Assembly (NCBI GenBank): GCA_001643675.2
Contig: LSRY02000034.1
Coordinates: 186,001 to 250,000, forward strand
DNA from: Monocercomonoides exilis PA203
Lineage: Eukaryota > Protista > Preaxostyla
Length of the DNA: 64,000 nt
Reading direction: 5' to 3'
A program made the position numbers and the translations under genes. This document shows positions 1 to 13,336 of this stretch, piece after piece (the first letter of the stretch is position 1; each line of letters begins with the position of its first letter). Under the pieces are notes generated by a model, which was not told the DNA's origin, ran no database searches, and was given only the letters and a program-made list of their open reading frames with translations.

Positions 1-1801
1 TTCTCATCTTCTTTCTTCTCCTTCTCCTCCTCAATCCCCAGCCGCGCCTTCGCACACGCCCTTTTCCTTTGCATCTCCCTCTGGATCTTACTCGCCAGGT
101 CTTCTTTGCCTCTTCTTCTCTGCTCTGATCCTTCTCCTCTTCTTCCACTTCCACTTCTTATGCTGCTTGGGCTGCACCACTTGGTGATTGCCACTTCCAC
201 TCTGTAAGCTGTGCCTCGTGTGAGTGGCATTGATGGCAGGAAGAGAAGCAGCCGGCGCTCGGCGTCGACAGAGAAGCGGCCAGACAGCGGAACAGGGCGG
301 GGGTATATGACAGAGTCGGTGAATGAAGGAGACGGGCAGGGTGGGGAAGGGGAAGGGGAATGAGAAGGAGAGGGGGAAGAAGAGGATGACGTGTCTGAAG
401 CGCTTGAAATGTTAGAAATATTTGAAGAAGCAGAAGATGGCGATGATGAATAGGAAGAGGCTGAAGATGATTGGGAACAAGAAGCAGCTGAGGATGAAGC
501 AGACGTTGATGTGGATGAAATGGAAGGAGAAGGAGAAGGGTGTCTGTGTGAAAGTGAGGGTGAGAGCTGGCGAGGTGCTGAAGTGGTTGAAGAAATGGCT
601 GACTCGGCTTTTGACTGCTGCCCTGCTGGTGAATAACTCAGCTGGTCAGACGGGACTTCTGATGAAATCGTTGGAAGTTCAAAAATCTTTATTCGTTTCA
701 AATTAAAAAAATGTCAAAAAAAAATATAATAAGTGAAAATTTGTAAGAAATTTGAGTTTTTATTTAATAAATAAAAAATGGAAAACAAAAATTGCAAACC
801 TTCATTTTTGGCTGTTCGTTCTTTGAGAATTAGTGTTGTCACAGTTGGTTCCAAGTTTGTTTTGAAAAAGAATTAAAAAAGAAACAAAAACGATAATAAT
901 TGAAAAAAAAAAAAGAAATATAAATCCTTGATTCAAACTATATCTTCAGAAAAAGTTAGATTTCTTCGAAATTTCAAGAAAGGTGAACATAAAAGACTCA
1001 CTTCCTTTGCGAATGGAGAAGGATAAATCAACGATAAATACGAACGAACTCCTTTTTTCCTATAAGACGAAAGATCAAGAAGCATATGCAACACGCAAAA
1101 CTATTCATATTTCATAAAAAAGGAATAATGTTTTTAAATGGCTTGATAACTGAAATACAAAAATTCACACTGGGCCAATTCTCATTGAGCGAAGTGTTGC
1201 TGAATCTGGAATATTTATGCCAATGTACAATAAACGCTGTGCTTCAACAGGACATGACGATTCACTTTCAATCATTTTTTTCACATCAAATCCAGAAATA
1301 AGTGGATGAACGCGGAATTGCACCGTTCCTGAAGGAATAATCACAGAGATATTAAATGCATCAACATGTCTCTTGAAAAGTTACAAATTTAAATATTTTC
1401 AAAAATTATCCATCAAAAAAGAATATATGAATTCTTAAAATATACCTCAACGCGAACAACTGTCCCATCCCAAATGTCCCAATCCAAAAGTGTCTTTCTT
1501 CCAGACAGAGTCTGCCGAGTGAAAAATCAAATAAATCGCAATAATTTTTGCACATTACACAGATATAACACAAACTGATGAGTGAATAAGAGTTTCACCA
1601 ACATATAGAAACATTTCGTTGAGAGGAATAGCCAAAAGAGAATTCACAACAGAGTACAATCCTTGTCTTGCAAAGAACGTTTAATATCATTTAAAAACTT
1701 CTTAAAATACAACAACTACAAATATACATTGAAAGAAGTCTTGGAACAACGTGTGTCTTTTTTGTTTCATCAACTTGAAGAACAATTGTGATAGAAGTCA
1801 T
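1..1801 (-). CDS. Multi-exon protein with two N-terminal ubiquitin-like domains and a Ser-rich region; 3' end uncertain, at or beyond the left edge
   Basis: ATG at 1801 (MTSITIVLQVDETKK). Manual splicing gives UBL-like segments 'KTLLDWDIWDGTVVRVE' and 'DVKKMIESESSCPVEAQRLLYIGINIPDSATLRSMRI', then a Ser/Pro-rich exon below ~690. Not called by the ORF track. Confidence 0.55.
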
Positions 1802-1925
1802 TATTAAAAATGGTTTGTAAAAAATATTCAATTAAAATTATAATTATCTCAACAACAATGCATATGTGAATTACATAAAACGAGAAATTGTTTATATATT
1901 AGATTATAAAAATAAATAACAATGC

Positions 1926-2835
1926 TCATTCAGATTTGATATCAAGCTTTGTAACGCAGATCTTGTAAAGTTCTTCGACAGTTTGATCGATTGTAAATGA
2001 TCCTGTATCAATAACAATTGCATCTGGTGCAGCAACAAGTGGGCCCACTGCCCTTTTTTTATCGGCTTCGTCTCGAAGTGCAATTGTTTCTCTTAGATCT
2101 GCAATTTCTTTTTCGGTCGGTTCTTTTGGGGTTGATGATGATGAAAGCTGATATGTTGCATCTTCTTGCATTTGCTTCAATCGCCTTTGAGTTCGTATTT
2201 CAAGTGAAGCATCCAAGTAAAATTTACACTTCGCATTTGGAAAAACAACAGTACCAATATCTCTTCCTTCATCAGAAAAAAGAGAAATGAAAATAAATAA
2301 TAAAAAAATAAAAATAAGGATGAAATGCAATTTGAAAAAAGTTTAAATCAAAAGAATATGATATATTTCAAAAAAAATAATTAAAAATAAAGACCTTCTG
2401 CAACAAAGCCTCCGCATGCTGTCGTAGCTTTTTGCAAATTAACCATTACTGATCTGACAGCAGGCTTTGTTGCAACCTATTTTTGTATTAATTTGTGAAA
2501 TTAAGTGAAAAAAAAAACAAAACTCAAACCTGAGAAACAGCTTTTGTAACCTCAGGAGATCGAATATAAGGAGTGCAATCTTTTCCATCGAAGAAAACAC
2601 GTTGCTCACCTGATTCCTTATTGATTTCAACAGTGACTTTGCGAGCAATTTCAGTGCAAGCGGCTTCATCTGTCAAATCGGTTTTGCACTCAATGCACCC
2701 ATAGCTAACAGCTCTATAAGTTGCACCTGTATCAAACATTAAAAATCCAAGTTTTTTGGCAAGCAGTTTGCTCACGGTGCTTTTACCCGTTCCTGCTGGC
2801 CCATCAATTGCAACGTTATTGGTTTTTTCTTCCAT
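1926..2835 (-). CDS. cmk: Cytidylate kinase, bacterial Cmk type; 3 exons
   Basis: P-loop 'IDGPAGTGKST', 'DTGATYRA', spliced 'VAEGRDIGTVVFPNA..KFYLDAS', 'RDEADKKRAVGPL' and 'IDT' are all Cmk signatures. GT..AG introns at 2529-2477 and ~2394-2268. Confidence 0.92.
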
Positions 2836-3162
2836 CTCCAATAATTAATCAATTTTTCGAAAAATAATTTTCAAAATAATAAACAGTAATACATATAAAG
2901 CGCAAAATTTCTGACAATTCCTTCACAAACTATCATAAACGATGAATTTCTTCTCTTATCTGATCCAAGCCCATATTAATATATATGTCATTTTAATTAC
3001 AAACTTTCAATAAAATCATTTAAAGCTTTTATTCCATATAAAAACTAAAATTCAAAAGGTGAAATGTTGATGTATATGTTAAAAAAAGAAACAAAAAAAA
3101 TTGCAAAGAAATATCTATCACTTTATTCAAATGTATTTTTTGTAACATTAAATTTTTGAATA

Positions 3163-5033
3163 TTAACCAACAACTCTGATTTTCTTTCCACGAGTAATCT
3201 CACCATTTCCTATCAATCTCCATCTTTTGTCGATCTTTCTAGAAAGTGTTATACGCTCACCGACTTCAGTGCAAACAGGGTTGTTAAGTTGAAGCCTGCA
3301 AACGCCTTCTTTCACTTTCTTCACTGTTGCTGATTCAGAATGTGACCCAATGTTGCACAGAATCACTTCATCAACTGAAAGTTCTTCAACCTAAAATAAT
3401 AATAATAATAATAAAGAAAAATAAAATAAAAATAAAAATAAAAATATAATTGGATCACGATTGCATTCACATATAAAGAAAAAAGAAATAGAGAGAAAAA
3501 GACAGATAACAATTGAAAAAATTTTTAAATTAATCAGTCCCACAAACTTTTCTAGTCGAGTCCTTTTCTGTTGTAACACCGACCACGTAATACAGCAGGC
3601 TGTACCTGATCTCTATCAGCGTGTATGTCGAGGGAAGATAGCCAGGTATGCCCAGCACTTGCCCCACCAGATGGTCTGCTTTCGAGCGCGACGGGTCGAT
3701 TTCTGTCCCAACACCAATAAGCCCCCCAGGAACAGCAAACTTCAGCTCGTTGTTTTCTGTGTGCAGCGACGTAATGACAGAGCGCAGGAACCGCATCTTT
3801 CCGACGCTGGCGGTGGCTGACGACGAGGAAGACGAGGATAAAGACAGAGAAGGGTGGGAGGTAGTCTCCACAATACCCGGACGCAGCTCTATTTGCATCC
3901 CGATCTTCAGCACACCGCACAGCAGGGAGCCTCCTACAACACCACCTTGGATGTTCTCGACGGTTGTGCCGGGCTTGTTCACATCGAATGAACGAATAAC
4001 AATCAAACGTGGTGGAGAAATGAAGTCACGAACGGGGATTGGAATCTGAGTTTTAAAATTAAAAAAAATAATAATAATAATGAATGGATTTTTCAAAAAT
4101 GTGAAAGAATGATTTTGTAATATACAAATTTCAACAAAGATAGTTATTACAAACATGAGTTACTAAGTGCTGTGCAACCAGATCAACGTTAATGCCTAAC
4201 TGTGCCGATGCAGGAATAATTGGAAGTTTTTCAGCAGCAGTTCCTTTGACAAATTTTCTAATCTCCTCTGAACGTTCAATCACTTCGCTTTTTTTCAGCA
4301 AATCAATCTTGTTCTGGACAACAAGAAAGTTTTTGACATCCATTCTTTCAATAGCAGATAAATGCTCCTGTGTCTGTGGCTGTGGGCATGATTCATTTGC
4401 AGCAATAAGCATCAACGCAGCGTCCATAACAGCTGCTCCGCTAAGCATAGTTGCCATAAGAATATCATGGCCAGGACAATCCACAAATGATATGTGCCTT
4501 ATAAGACGCATAACGCCTCCGCAACCTTCTCGTTGGCAAGGAAATCCTTCTTGCTTTCCGCTTCCAAAGCTTCTATAGCATCCTGGTGGAGGGCAAAACG
4601 GATTATCACATTTGAAAATCTTTGCATTTGCATAACCAAGTTTAATTGTAATATTACGCATTTTTTCATGTGAATGTTTAATTGTCTGATAAGATCAAAG
4701 CAAATAATAACTCATAAAATTAAAAAAGGCCTAATGATTATAAAATTCAGCAAACATGAACACCAGAAATAGCTTTCACAAGTGTTGTTTTACCATGAGC
4801 GACATGACCAATGGTACCTGTGATAAATTAAGCAAAAAAATACGTATTGATTTGAAAATTAAAAATAAAATAAAATGAAATTTCGAAGTCAAACCAATAT
4901 TGATAGTAGCTTGCATAGATATGATATCAGGATGAAGTGGATGTAATTCTGTAATTGGGCATGGAAGTCCTTCGTCAGTTGCAAAAAATTCTTCTGGTTC
5001 TCCAGTTTGAGATACGTCCAAAAGAGAAGTCAT
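3163..5033 (-). CDS. EIF2S3: Translation initiation factor eIF2 gamma subunit (multi-exon)
   Basis: 'QATINIG..GHVAHGK', '[17 protein letters not shown]', '[15 protein letters not shown]', 'QNKIDL', 'RSFDVNKPG', 'PGGLIGVGT', C-terminal 'WRLIG'. Confidence 0.96.
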
Positions 5034-5191
5034 GATTATCAATTATTTACTTAGAAATAATATAAAAGACACGAAAATCAATTGATCTGTTAGCCATAAG
5101 CAATTGAATTTTAAACCTTTATAAAATAATTGACAATTGATCAATTGATTGTTTTTCTTTATTTTAGCTTTTTAAATACAGATAATTTACA

Positions 5192-5804
5192 ATGTCAGAA
5201 GGACAGAACGTATGTATTCGTTTTTACGATGAGATTTAAAATTATATTATCATTATAATAGCAACCTTCTGCGATTTTGAGTTTGCTTTCAGGTTCAGAG
5301 CAAAAACCTTCTCTTTTGCAAAGCTTTGCGGGGAAGCAAACACTCTTATCTGGTACCCTCTTAGAGATTTTAAAATTTATTAATATATTTTTCTTGTTTC
5401 AAATTTCTTTTTTATACTTTGAAGATGTTCATCAAACAAAATCATTTTCAAGAGATGAAGTTGAAGAAGAAGAGATGCCCCGCGAAACCTTGAAGAAAAG
5501 TAATGAGCCTCCGGTTCCATCTGCATCTGATTGTGGATATTTGTTTTCGGAGGATGAATTGATGATAAATGAAGATTTAAATTGCTCGTTTCAAAGGACA
5601 AAAGACCTGTTTGATTTTAGTTGTTATGCAGTTTGATATTTTATGTTATTAAATTATCAATATTTTAGGAAAGAAATTCAAAGAGAATGGGCTCATTCGG
5701 TTCCCGATGATTTAACATATTTATATCGTGCAATGGAGAAAAATGCACGGGACGAATTAGAGCAATCGCAAAAAAGGCAATCGAAAAAACCTCATTTCAC
5801 TTGA
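5192..5804 (+). CDS. Small hypothetical protein (spliced)
   Basis: ATG at 5192 followed by a GTATGT donor; coding-like segments at 5261-5630 and 5670-5804 ending in TGA; divergent from eIF2-gamma. Confidence 0.5.
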
Positions 5805-6330
5805 TGTTGCACACTTTATATTTAAAATAAATGTTTGAATTTCTACGATTTATTCACTTCGATTCTTCGAAATCACCTCACAAATCATTTCATTTTTTTT
5901 ATGTTCGAAAATGCAACTTATTTTAATTTTAAAAAAAAAATGAGATGGCACGACGAAGAAAAAAACATTATTCGTCTATTAATGTTTTTGGATTGAAAGT
6001 GATTTCAAACTATTATGATAATATATTAAAGCAAATGAACAAAAGACTTTTGTAAGACCAAATAATCAGTACATTAAATGATGCTCAATTTTCAAACGAA
6101 AGAAACTAATTAAATACATCTAATATTCCAAAATTTTTCTATCATAAGAAGAGTAAAAATACACAGCCACATTTCACAAATAATTTTTTCAATTTTTTTG
6201 AAACATGGCAGCAGTTGAAGTATAAAAACCGAAGAGTACATAAACACTCACACACTAACAAACTAACAAACAAACAAAAGAAAACTATTTTCTTTTCTTT
6301 TCTTTTCTTTTCTTCTACTTGAAATGCAAA

Positions 6331-9300
6331 TCAACCAACTTTCTCCCCTTTTCTTGGTGGAGATTGCAAGATACGCTTTCTTAGGGACAAATATGCATTT
6401 GCGAGGGAAGTGCGTGTCTGTGTCCGAGGATATTTCCTGGCTATTGCCAATTGAGGAGAAGTGGCATGGGCTGAAGGAGAAGTGAAGCTGGTTGAAGGAG
6501 AAAGAGAACTGACTGAAGGAGAAGCTGGCTGTGAGACAGGTGGAGTGAATGAAAGCGGAGAAGCTGTGCGGGTCGAGGTGTCAGAAGGGGAAGAAGGCGG
6601 AGAAGCGATTGGAGATGATGAGGCAGGGAAAGCAAAAGACGGAGGAGAGGAAGAAGAAAGCGGAGGAAGAAGGGCAGGGGATGCTGGGGAAAATGGATTG
6701 GACAAGCGCAATTCGCCAGAAAAAGGAGGTGTTGTTGGCACAGTCATCGAGTCTGCTATTTGAAGAGAAGCATTTTCAGAGCTTTGTTCGATTTCTGCGG
6801 GAAGCTCGCTTTTTTGTTGTGTTTCTTTGATAGAAGTTGGAGATGAATCATCAATTGCTCTGAGGTTTTCTTGTTTTTCGTCTTTTTCTTTTTCTTCTTG
6901 TTTTTCTTGTTTTATTTCTTCGTTTTCGTCTTTTTCTACTTTTTCAACTTTATCCGTTTCCTCTGATTTTTCTTCTTCTTCCTTTTGCTGATTGACTATT
7001 TCTTGTTCAGATTCAGTTTTCTGCTTAATTTCACTTTTCTTCTGCTTTTCAAGTCTTTTTCTTCTTTTCAGATCGGCAATCAGATTTTGGAACGAAGAAA
7101 GAGGAAGCAGCGGATTGAAGCCGTCTTCAGGCAGCCAGTCAACTTCTCCTGTGCTTTTTCTTTCTTCTTTGGCTTTTTCTTCCTCTTTAGATTCTTCTTC
7201 ACCTTTGCTTCTTTCGCTTCTTTCGCTTCCTTTTCTTCTACTTCGTCTTTTCTTTCTATGTTTTGTTTCATCCATATAGTTGTCTTTAATATCATCAACA
7301 TATCCTTCTTCTTCGTCTTCTTCTTCTTTTCTTTCATTCTTTCCCCTTCCATTTTTCCCCTTTCCTCTTCTTTTCTCCTCCTCCACCGCATCCAACAGCT
7401 CAAGCTGATCTTCGGCTGCTTCTTCATTCACTCCATTTGCATCTCTCATCTCATTCGCTTCATTCCGGCTTTCTTCCTCCAACTCAAAGCCAGATGCTTC
7501 TCCTTCTCCTTCTCCTTCTCCTTCTGCTTCTGCTTCTGCTTCTGCTTCTTCCTCTTCCTCTTCCTCTGCATGATGTCCCCTCAGCACCCTCTTTTTCGGT
7601 CTCTCAACCTTCTTCCCTTTCTTTGCATTGCTTGAATTACTAATATTGCTTAGCTTCTTCCCTTTCTTCCCTTTCTTCTTCTTCTTCCGCTGTGATCTTG
7701 TTTCAATAATAGACTGTCGTTTTGTCGTGTGTTCAGGCAAATATTCTTCATCCAATTCGATTTTCGCTTCATCTTCCTCTTCGCATTCTTCAAGCGAATC
7801 TTCATATGCGTAATCTATTTCATCATCTTCATAATTAACTTCATTATCATCATCATATTCTTCTTCTTCTTTCCTTTTTCCTGAACTTTTCCTCTTCTTC
7901 TTTGAACTTCGTCTTTTCCTCCCCTTTTTTTCATTGTTTTCTGCTTTGTCTTCTTTGAATGGTGAAGAATTTGAAATCGCATTTTCTGCATTATCTTCAT
8001 TATCATGATTATTCAACGGCTTCTTTCTCTTTTGTTCTCCAAATAAAATATTTTCTTTTTCTTCTTCAAATTCTTCATTTCTCATCAAATTGCTATCTGA
8101 ACAGTCATCTTCTTCTTCATTCTGCTTGTGCATATCATCCAAACAAGAAGGAGATGTTGTTAACTCTTTTTGCTCTTTCGTCTCGCCAATGCTTATTTCC
8201 TCAGCCACCGCCACATTTTCTATGCTGTCTGAAATGTTCTCTGCGTGAAATGAGCCAAGTTCTGAATTTTCTGACATGAATGAAGAAGAAGGAGACGGGA
8301 GCGAAGGAGAAGCAACTTTGATGGTTTTGCTTGGCTGTGTGGAACTGAAAGGGACAGGTGAAGTGGAAGAAGAGGAAGAGGAAGAGGAGAAAGAAGAGGT
8401 GGAAGAAGAAGTTGATGATGATGTGCGTTTGGGTAGTGGAGAATAATTTGAAGGAGGAGAAACCTCCGGAGACAGCGAAGCAGGCGACGGAGCTTCTTCA
8501 AAGGGAGAGCAGGAGTTGGAGATAGAGGAAGAGCGAGTGAAGTAGTGGGCAAGTGAAACGATGGGTGACGACTGTGATGCGGGTGAGAGGTTTGTGAATG
8601 AAGATTGATGTGAATGTGAATGTGAATGTGAGTGAGTGTGTGTTTGTGAATGAGAAAACGAATGTGCCAGAGATGGCTGTATCTGAGGAGAAGATGCTGG
8701 CTGAAGATTTGAGGAAAGCTGCTGGGCGATTTCGAATGCTGTCCTAAACGGCATTTTAAAAAAACGTGTATGTGATTAAATAAAAATTCAAATTAAAAAT
8801 AAACAAATAAATAGTGCAGCATTTGTGTGATGATTAACTTTCTCCAAAATAACAACAGAAAACATACATTGGATGAGGATCTGACAGCTGCGAATTGTAT
8901 ACAAGCACCAGTTCTTTGTGTCTTTCGATTAGCTGCTCCCTCGTTCCTTTGGTTGACAACCCATGCGTTTTGCACAACCTCCTAATTTTTTCAGTTGTCA
9001 GTAAAGCATAAACTGTTGTTGGAAGAGGTTTCAGTGAAGTGACTTGTTTATCTTTTTGATTTGAAGCCGCTGAAATTATCTGAGGCGTTGAACGAGTCAT
9101 AGGATCACAAGCAGTACCATCAAGAGCTATAATTTCTTGTTTGTCTAATGTTGCTGAATCAGAAGTCTGTTTTGTTCTGTGTCGATGCTTTTTGTTCATT
9201 TCATCTGTCAAATCATTTGGTGAAGCTTTATTCGTAAAGCTCTCGTCTTGCTTCAATAGATCATTGCTTAAATGATTCAATATTTTAAAAAAATTTTAAT

Positions 9301-9734
9301 TCAATCATTGCTTTTGAAAAGGTTGAAAACAAACCGAGCTTCATAAAAAAGGTTGATAACTGTATCCAAAGTAGGTGTAGATAAAAAATTTCCAGTAATA
9401 TGCTAACAAAAAGAAGAAGAAAAAAATGTTAAGCACCATGTTTGTTGAAAATAAATTTGGAGGAACAAACTGTTCTGCAAACAGGACAATATGGCCTTGT
9501 TGCAAAGGAGCGTCTTATACAAAGACCACAAACTTTATTAAATATTGTAATAATATATTACGAATGAGATAATAGAATAGTAAGTTTAAGAAAGGAAAGC
9601 AAACATGAGTGAGGGCACGATTGAAGTTGGACTGAATGTTTCATAAATTCTCCGCAAATTGGGCATCTCAAAGCATCCTCTAATTTTCTTATGCTTTCAA
9701 TTTTCCAATCCGACGAAGAATCAATGTCATCCAT
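6331..9734 (-). CDS. RAD18: Rad18-like RING/SAP E3 ubiquitin ligase with long low-complexity C-terminus
   Basis: N-terminal exons read 'LEDALRCPICGEFM...CPHS..GLCIRRSF...YCPVCR'. The SAP-like segment 'KIRRLCKTHGLSTKGTREQLIERHKELVLVYNSQLSDPHP' matches Rad18 architecture. The 807-aa ORF 6331-8754 is the last exon. Confidence 0.78.
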
Positions 9735-9955
9735 AATTTTGATACGTATTTATTTAAAAAAATTCAATTCTCAGAAATCAAAATTATTTTGTTATGGAAG
9801 ATTTGGAATAGTCTTTTAATAATCGGAATTGCTTTTTGTAATGAACAACAGCAACTTTTGAACACTTCATTTTGAATTGAATGGAAGCCCATATTCCAAA
9901 ATAGAAAAAGAGATTCGAATTTGTTTCTTCTATAAACAAGAAGAAACAGGAAAAA

Positions 9956-12312
9956 ATGGCAATGAGAACATATGCACGACAAGCAGGGGTTACGATGGAG
10001 TATTTAAGCGATATACCTTCGTTTTTTAATTTGGATGACACAATATCTGAGCTTATTTCTGTTAATCATCCAACTCACGCAAAATTTGTCAATCTTCCAG
10101 AACCTTTGATAAAAGGTTACATATACTTTGCTTTTTGTGTAATTTTAAATAGTATTTTTGTTTTTCTTATTTCGTCAATAGCAATCATTTTATCTGCCAG
10201 AGAGATTTTCCATGAAGAAGAAACACTTCTCACGTTAGAGGCACCAATCAAGATTTGTGGAGATATTCATGGACAATATTACGATTTGATGAGATTGTTT
10301 GATCTTGGAGGATTTCCTCCAGATGAAAAATATCTATTTCTTGGTGGTTTGCGCTGATTCTGTTAGTTGTTATCCATTTATTTCGATTATCCTTTCTCAA
10401 TCAAATAGATTATGTTGATAGAGGAGAGTTTTCTATTGAAACTATAACACTTCTTTTGTGTTATAAAATTAAGCATCCAAAGAGCATCTTTATGCTTCGT
10501 GGGAATCATGAATGTGCGACAGTCAATCGGTTGTACGGATTCTTTGACGATTGTTTGTTATTTTCATTTTTTGTATTTTTTCTGACAAAGCATAACGTTT
10601 TCACACTTGCTAATTAAAACATAATTATTAATAATTTTTGTTTATAGGTTATACTCGATATTCTGAAGGACTTTGGAGAATGTTCAATGAATTATTCAGC
10701 TTTTTCCCGATTTGTGCTGTTTGTAGTTATTGTTTCTTTAGGATTTTTTATTTTTACTTTTAATAAAATTTAATATTGCGTTTTATCTTCCATTCTTCTT
10801 CTTTTCATTGCTATTTCAAAATTACCGTCATTTTCGCATTAATTTTGTATTTTCATTTGCAAATTCAAACAACCTCATTACTCAACTTACCCCTTTTCTT
10901 TTTGCGTCCAAATGTATCTTTCCATTGCAACAGACAATCAACGACAAGATCTTCTGCACACACGGCGGCCTTTCCCCTTCATTCAAATCGCTCGAAGAAA
11001 TCAAGCAGATTCCGCGCCCTTTGAAAATCCCAGATAGAGGGCTCCTCTGCGACCTGCTGTGGGCCGATCCTTCGCTCTCCATTCAGACGTGGGACAAGAA
11101 CGAGCGGGGCATCTCGTATGTGTTTGGGGAAGACGCCGTGGTGGACTTTCTGAACAAGCTGGACTTCGACTTGGTGGTGAGGGCACATCAGGTGGTGACG
11201 GACGGGTTTGAGATGATTATGGACCAGCGGCTGGTGACGATCTTCTCCGCCCCGAACTACTGCAACGAGTTCGACAACGCGGGTGGGATTCTGAATGTCG
11301 GGAAGACGCTGCTGTGCACATTCAGCGTGATCCGCCCGCGCGACACTCCGCTGCTGATCTTCCAGCGGAGCTGTGTGAGGCGATACCCGGCTGGCTACAC
11401 GACAAGAGTGAGCGAGCTTCCGTGCGACCCGTCGGTGTTTGACACAAGCACGATGATGATGCTGCTGCCCATGAGTGACTACGGCGTGGCAGAGTATGTG
11501 GAGGAAGGAGGGGATGACATGGAGATGGAGATGGAGGAAGGGTGTGCGTTGGATGGGGAAGACGAGGAGGAAGAGGACGAGGAGATGCAGCAGCCGATGG
11601 GGAAAGAAGAGCTGTGTGCAGAGCAAAAAAGGTTTGCGAGAGTGAAGCAGCGGATTGCATCGTCAGAGATGGGTTCTTCTTCTGTTTCTCCTTCTTCTTC
11701 GTCGTCGTCATCATCATTGTTATCTTCTTCTTCCTCCTCCTCTTCCTCTTCTCTTCCATATCGATCACCTTTGGCTTCACCGTCTGCTTCGAAAGTTCGA
11801 AGAATGAAGGCGTTAGCCTCAGCTTCATCATCATCATCTTCTTCTTCTTCTTCTTCCAGTTCAACATCTCCTTCTTCCTCATCTTCATCATCTTCATTGT
11901 CTTCGTCAAGTCTTTCCTGCTTCCCTTTCAATTCACCAACTGCTTCAGCCACTTCTTCTGCCCTCTCCACCCCTGCACACACAAGAGACCAATTCGGAAG
12001 ACCTCTTTCTCCGCTTCCTTCCCGACTTCAATCATCATCATCCTCCTCTTCTTCCTCTTCCTCTTCTTCCTCTTCCACTGCATTAGGCACACTCCAATCA
12101 ATGCCACTATCCACTCCTGGCTCATCTCACACAGCCAACAGCTCTTCTTCCAATATTCGTCCACACAGTCCAACTTTATCATCATCATCTTCTTCTTCCT
12201 CCTCCTCTTCCTCTTTGCTTTCCTCGTCCTCTCAGTCTTCTTCCTTGCTGAATTCACGACGCCCTATTTCTCCCACTTCTTATACACATTCATCTCGACA
12301 GCCAAGTCTAGG

Positions 12313-12345
<33 letters not shown>

Positions 12346-12490
12346 TTCTTCTCTATCAGGTTCACTTGCACGTCCAAAAAGTCCTTCTTTATCTTCTTCC
12401 TCATCTTCCTCTTCTGGCTCATCAATCAGAAGCTCTGCACCTTATCTATCAACAGGAAGTTATCTTCCTCGTTCTTCGTCAAAACGATGA
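9956..12490 (+). CDS. PPP-family Ser/Thr phosphatase (PP1-like) with acidic and poly-Ser tail
   Basis: GDIHGQ, spliced GDYVDRG, LRGNHE, HGG, DLLWADP, RAHQVV and FSAPNYC across 4 exons. Confidence 0.93.
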
Positions 12491-12934
12491 TGTTTTTAAA
12501 TTTTTCATTCATTTTCTGTATCTCTTTCCTTTCTATGTTCATTCATTTATTGTTTCTCGTTTTCCTTCTTTTCTCTCTCTCTTTCTTGGTTTGTGAGAGT
12601 TTGTTCTTTTCATGATTGTGCTTTATTACTCTTCACTTGTCTTCATTCAGATTCTTAGGTTTTTACTAAGAATAGCAAGATGTGGTGAATTAAGGGGTAG
12701 TTGCTATTTTTTGATGCTCTTTTTTCTATTCCAAGTAAAATTTTAGCTTATCTTTTATTATCAAAATTATTATTATAATTATTATTATTCTCATTCAGCA
12801 ACTTTTATCGCTTTTTTTCACAGAGGTTTGTGGGTTCTCTTCTTTGCTTGCGCATTCATTTCGCAATATTTCATAGAAATTAGGTTAATCACATCATTCA
12901 CTCAAACAATTTGAAGACTTAATTTTATTTTTCA

Positions 12935-13006
12935 TTCTCTTTCTCTCTCTTTCTCTCTCTTTCTCTCTCTTTCTCTCTCTTTCTCTCTCTTTCTCTCTCT
13001 TTCTCA
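12935..13006. repeat. (TTCTCTCTCT)n pyrimidine microsatellite
   Basis: About 7 tandem 10-bp units visible directly. Confidence 0.85.
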
Positions 13007-13336
13007 TTCTTTCATTCTTTTTACTGCGAAAAACAAAATAAATAAACAATTGGAATGTTGAAGAGCTTAACGTGGAAATGACATGTGGAGTTTGGGTCAT
13101 GTAACTCCATCATCATCAAAAAAATAAAAATAAAAATAAAAAATCAAGCGTTATGGAAATTCTGATAGAAATGTGCATCATTATGGATTGCTCTGAGAAA
13201 ATTTTAAAAGAGAATTAAAAATTAAATTAAAAAAGGAGTAATAATAATAATAATATATGAAAGCGGAGAAAACCTGAAAAAAATATAGAAGGAAAAGAAA
13301 AAATGACAATTGATAAATAAAAATACAGAAGTTATG

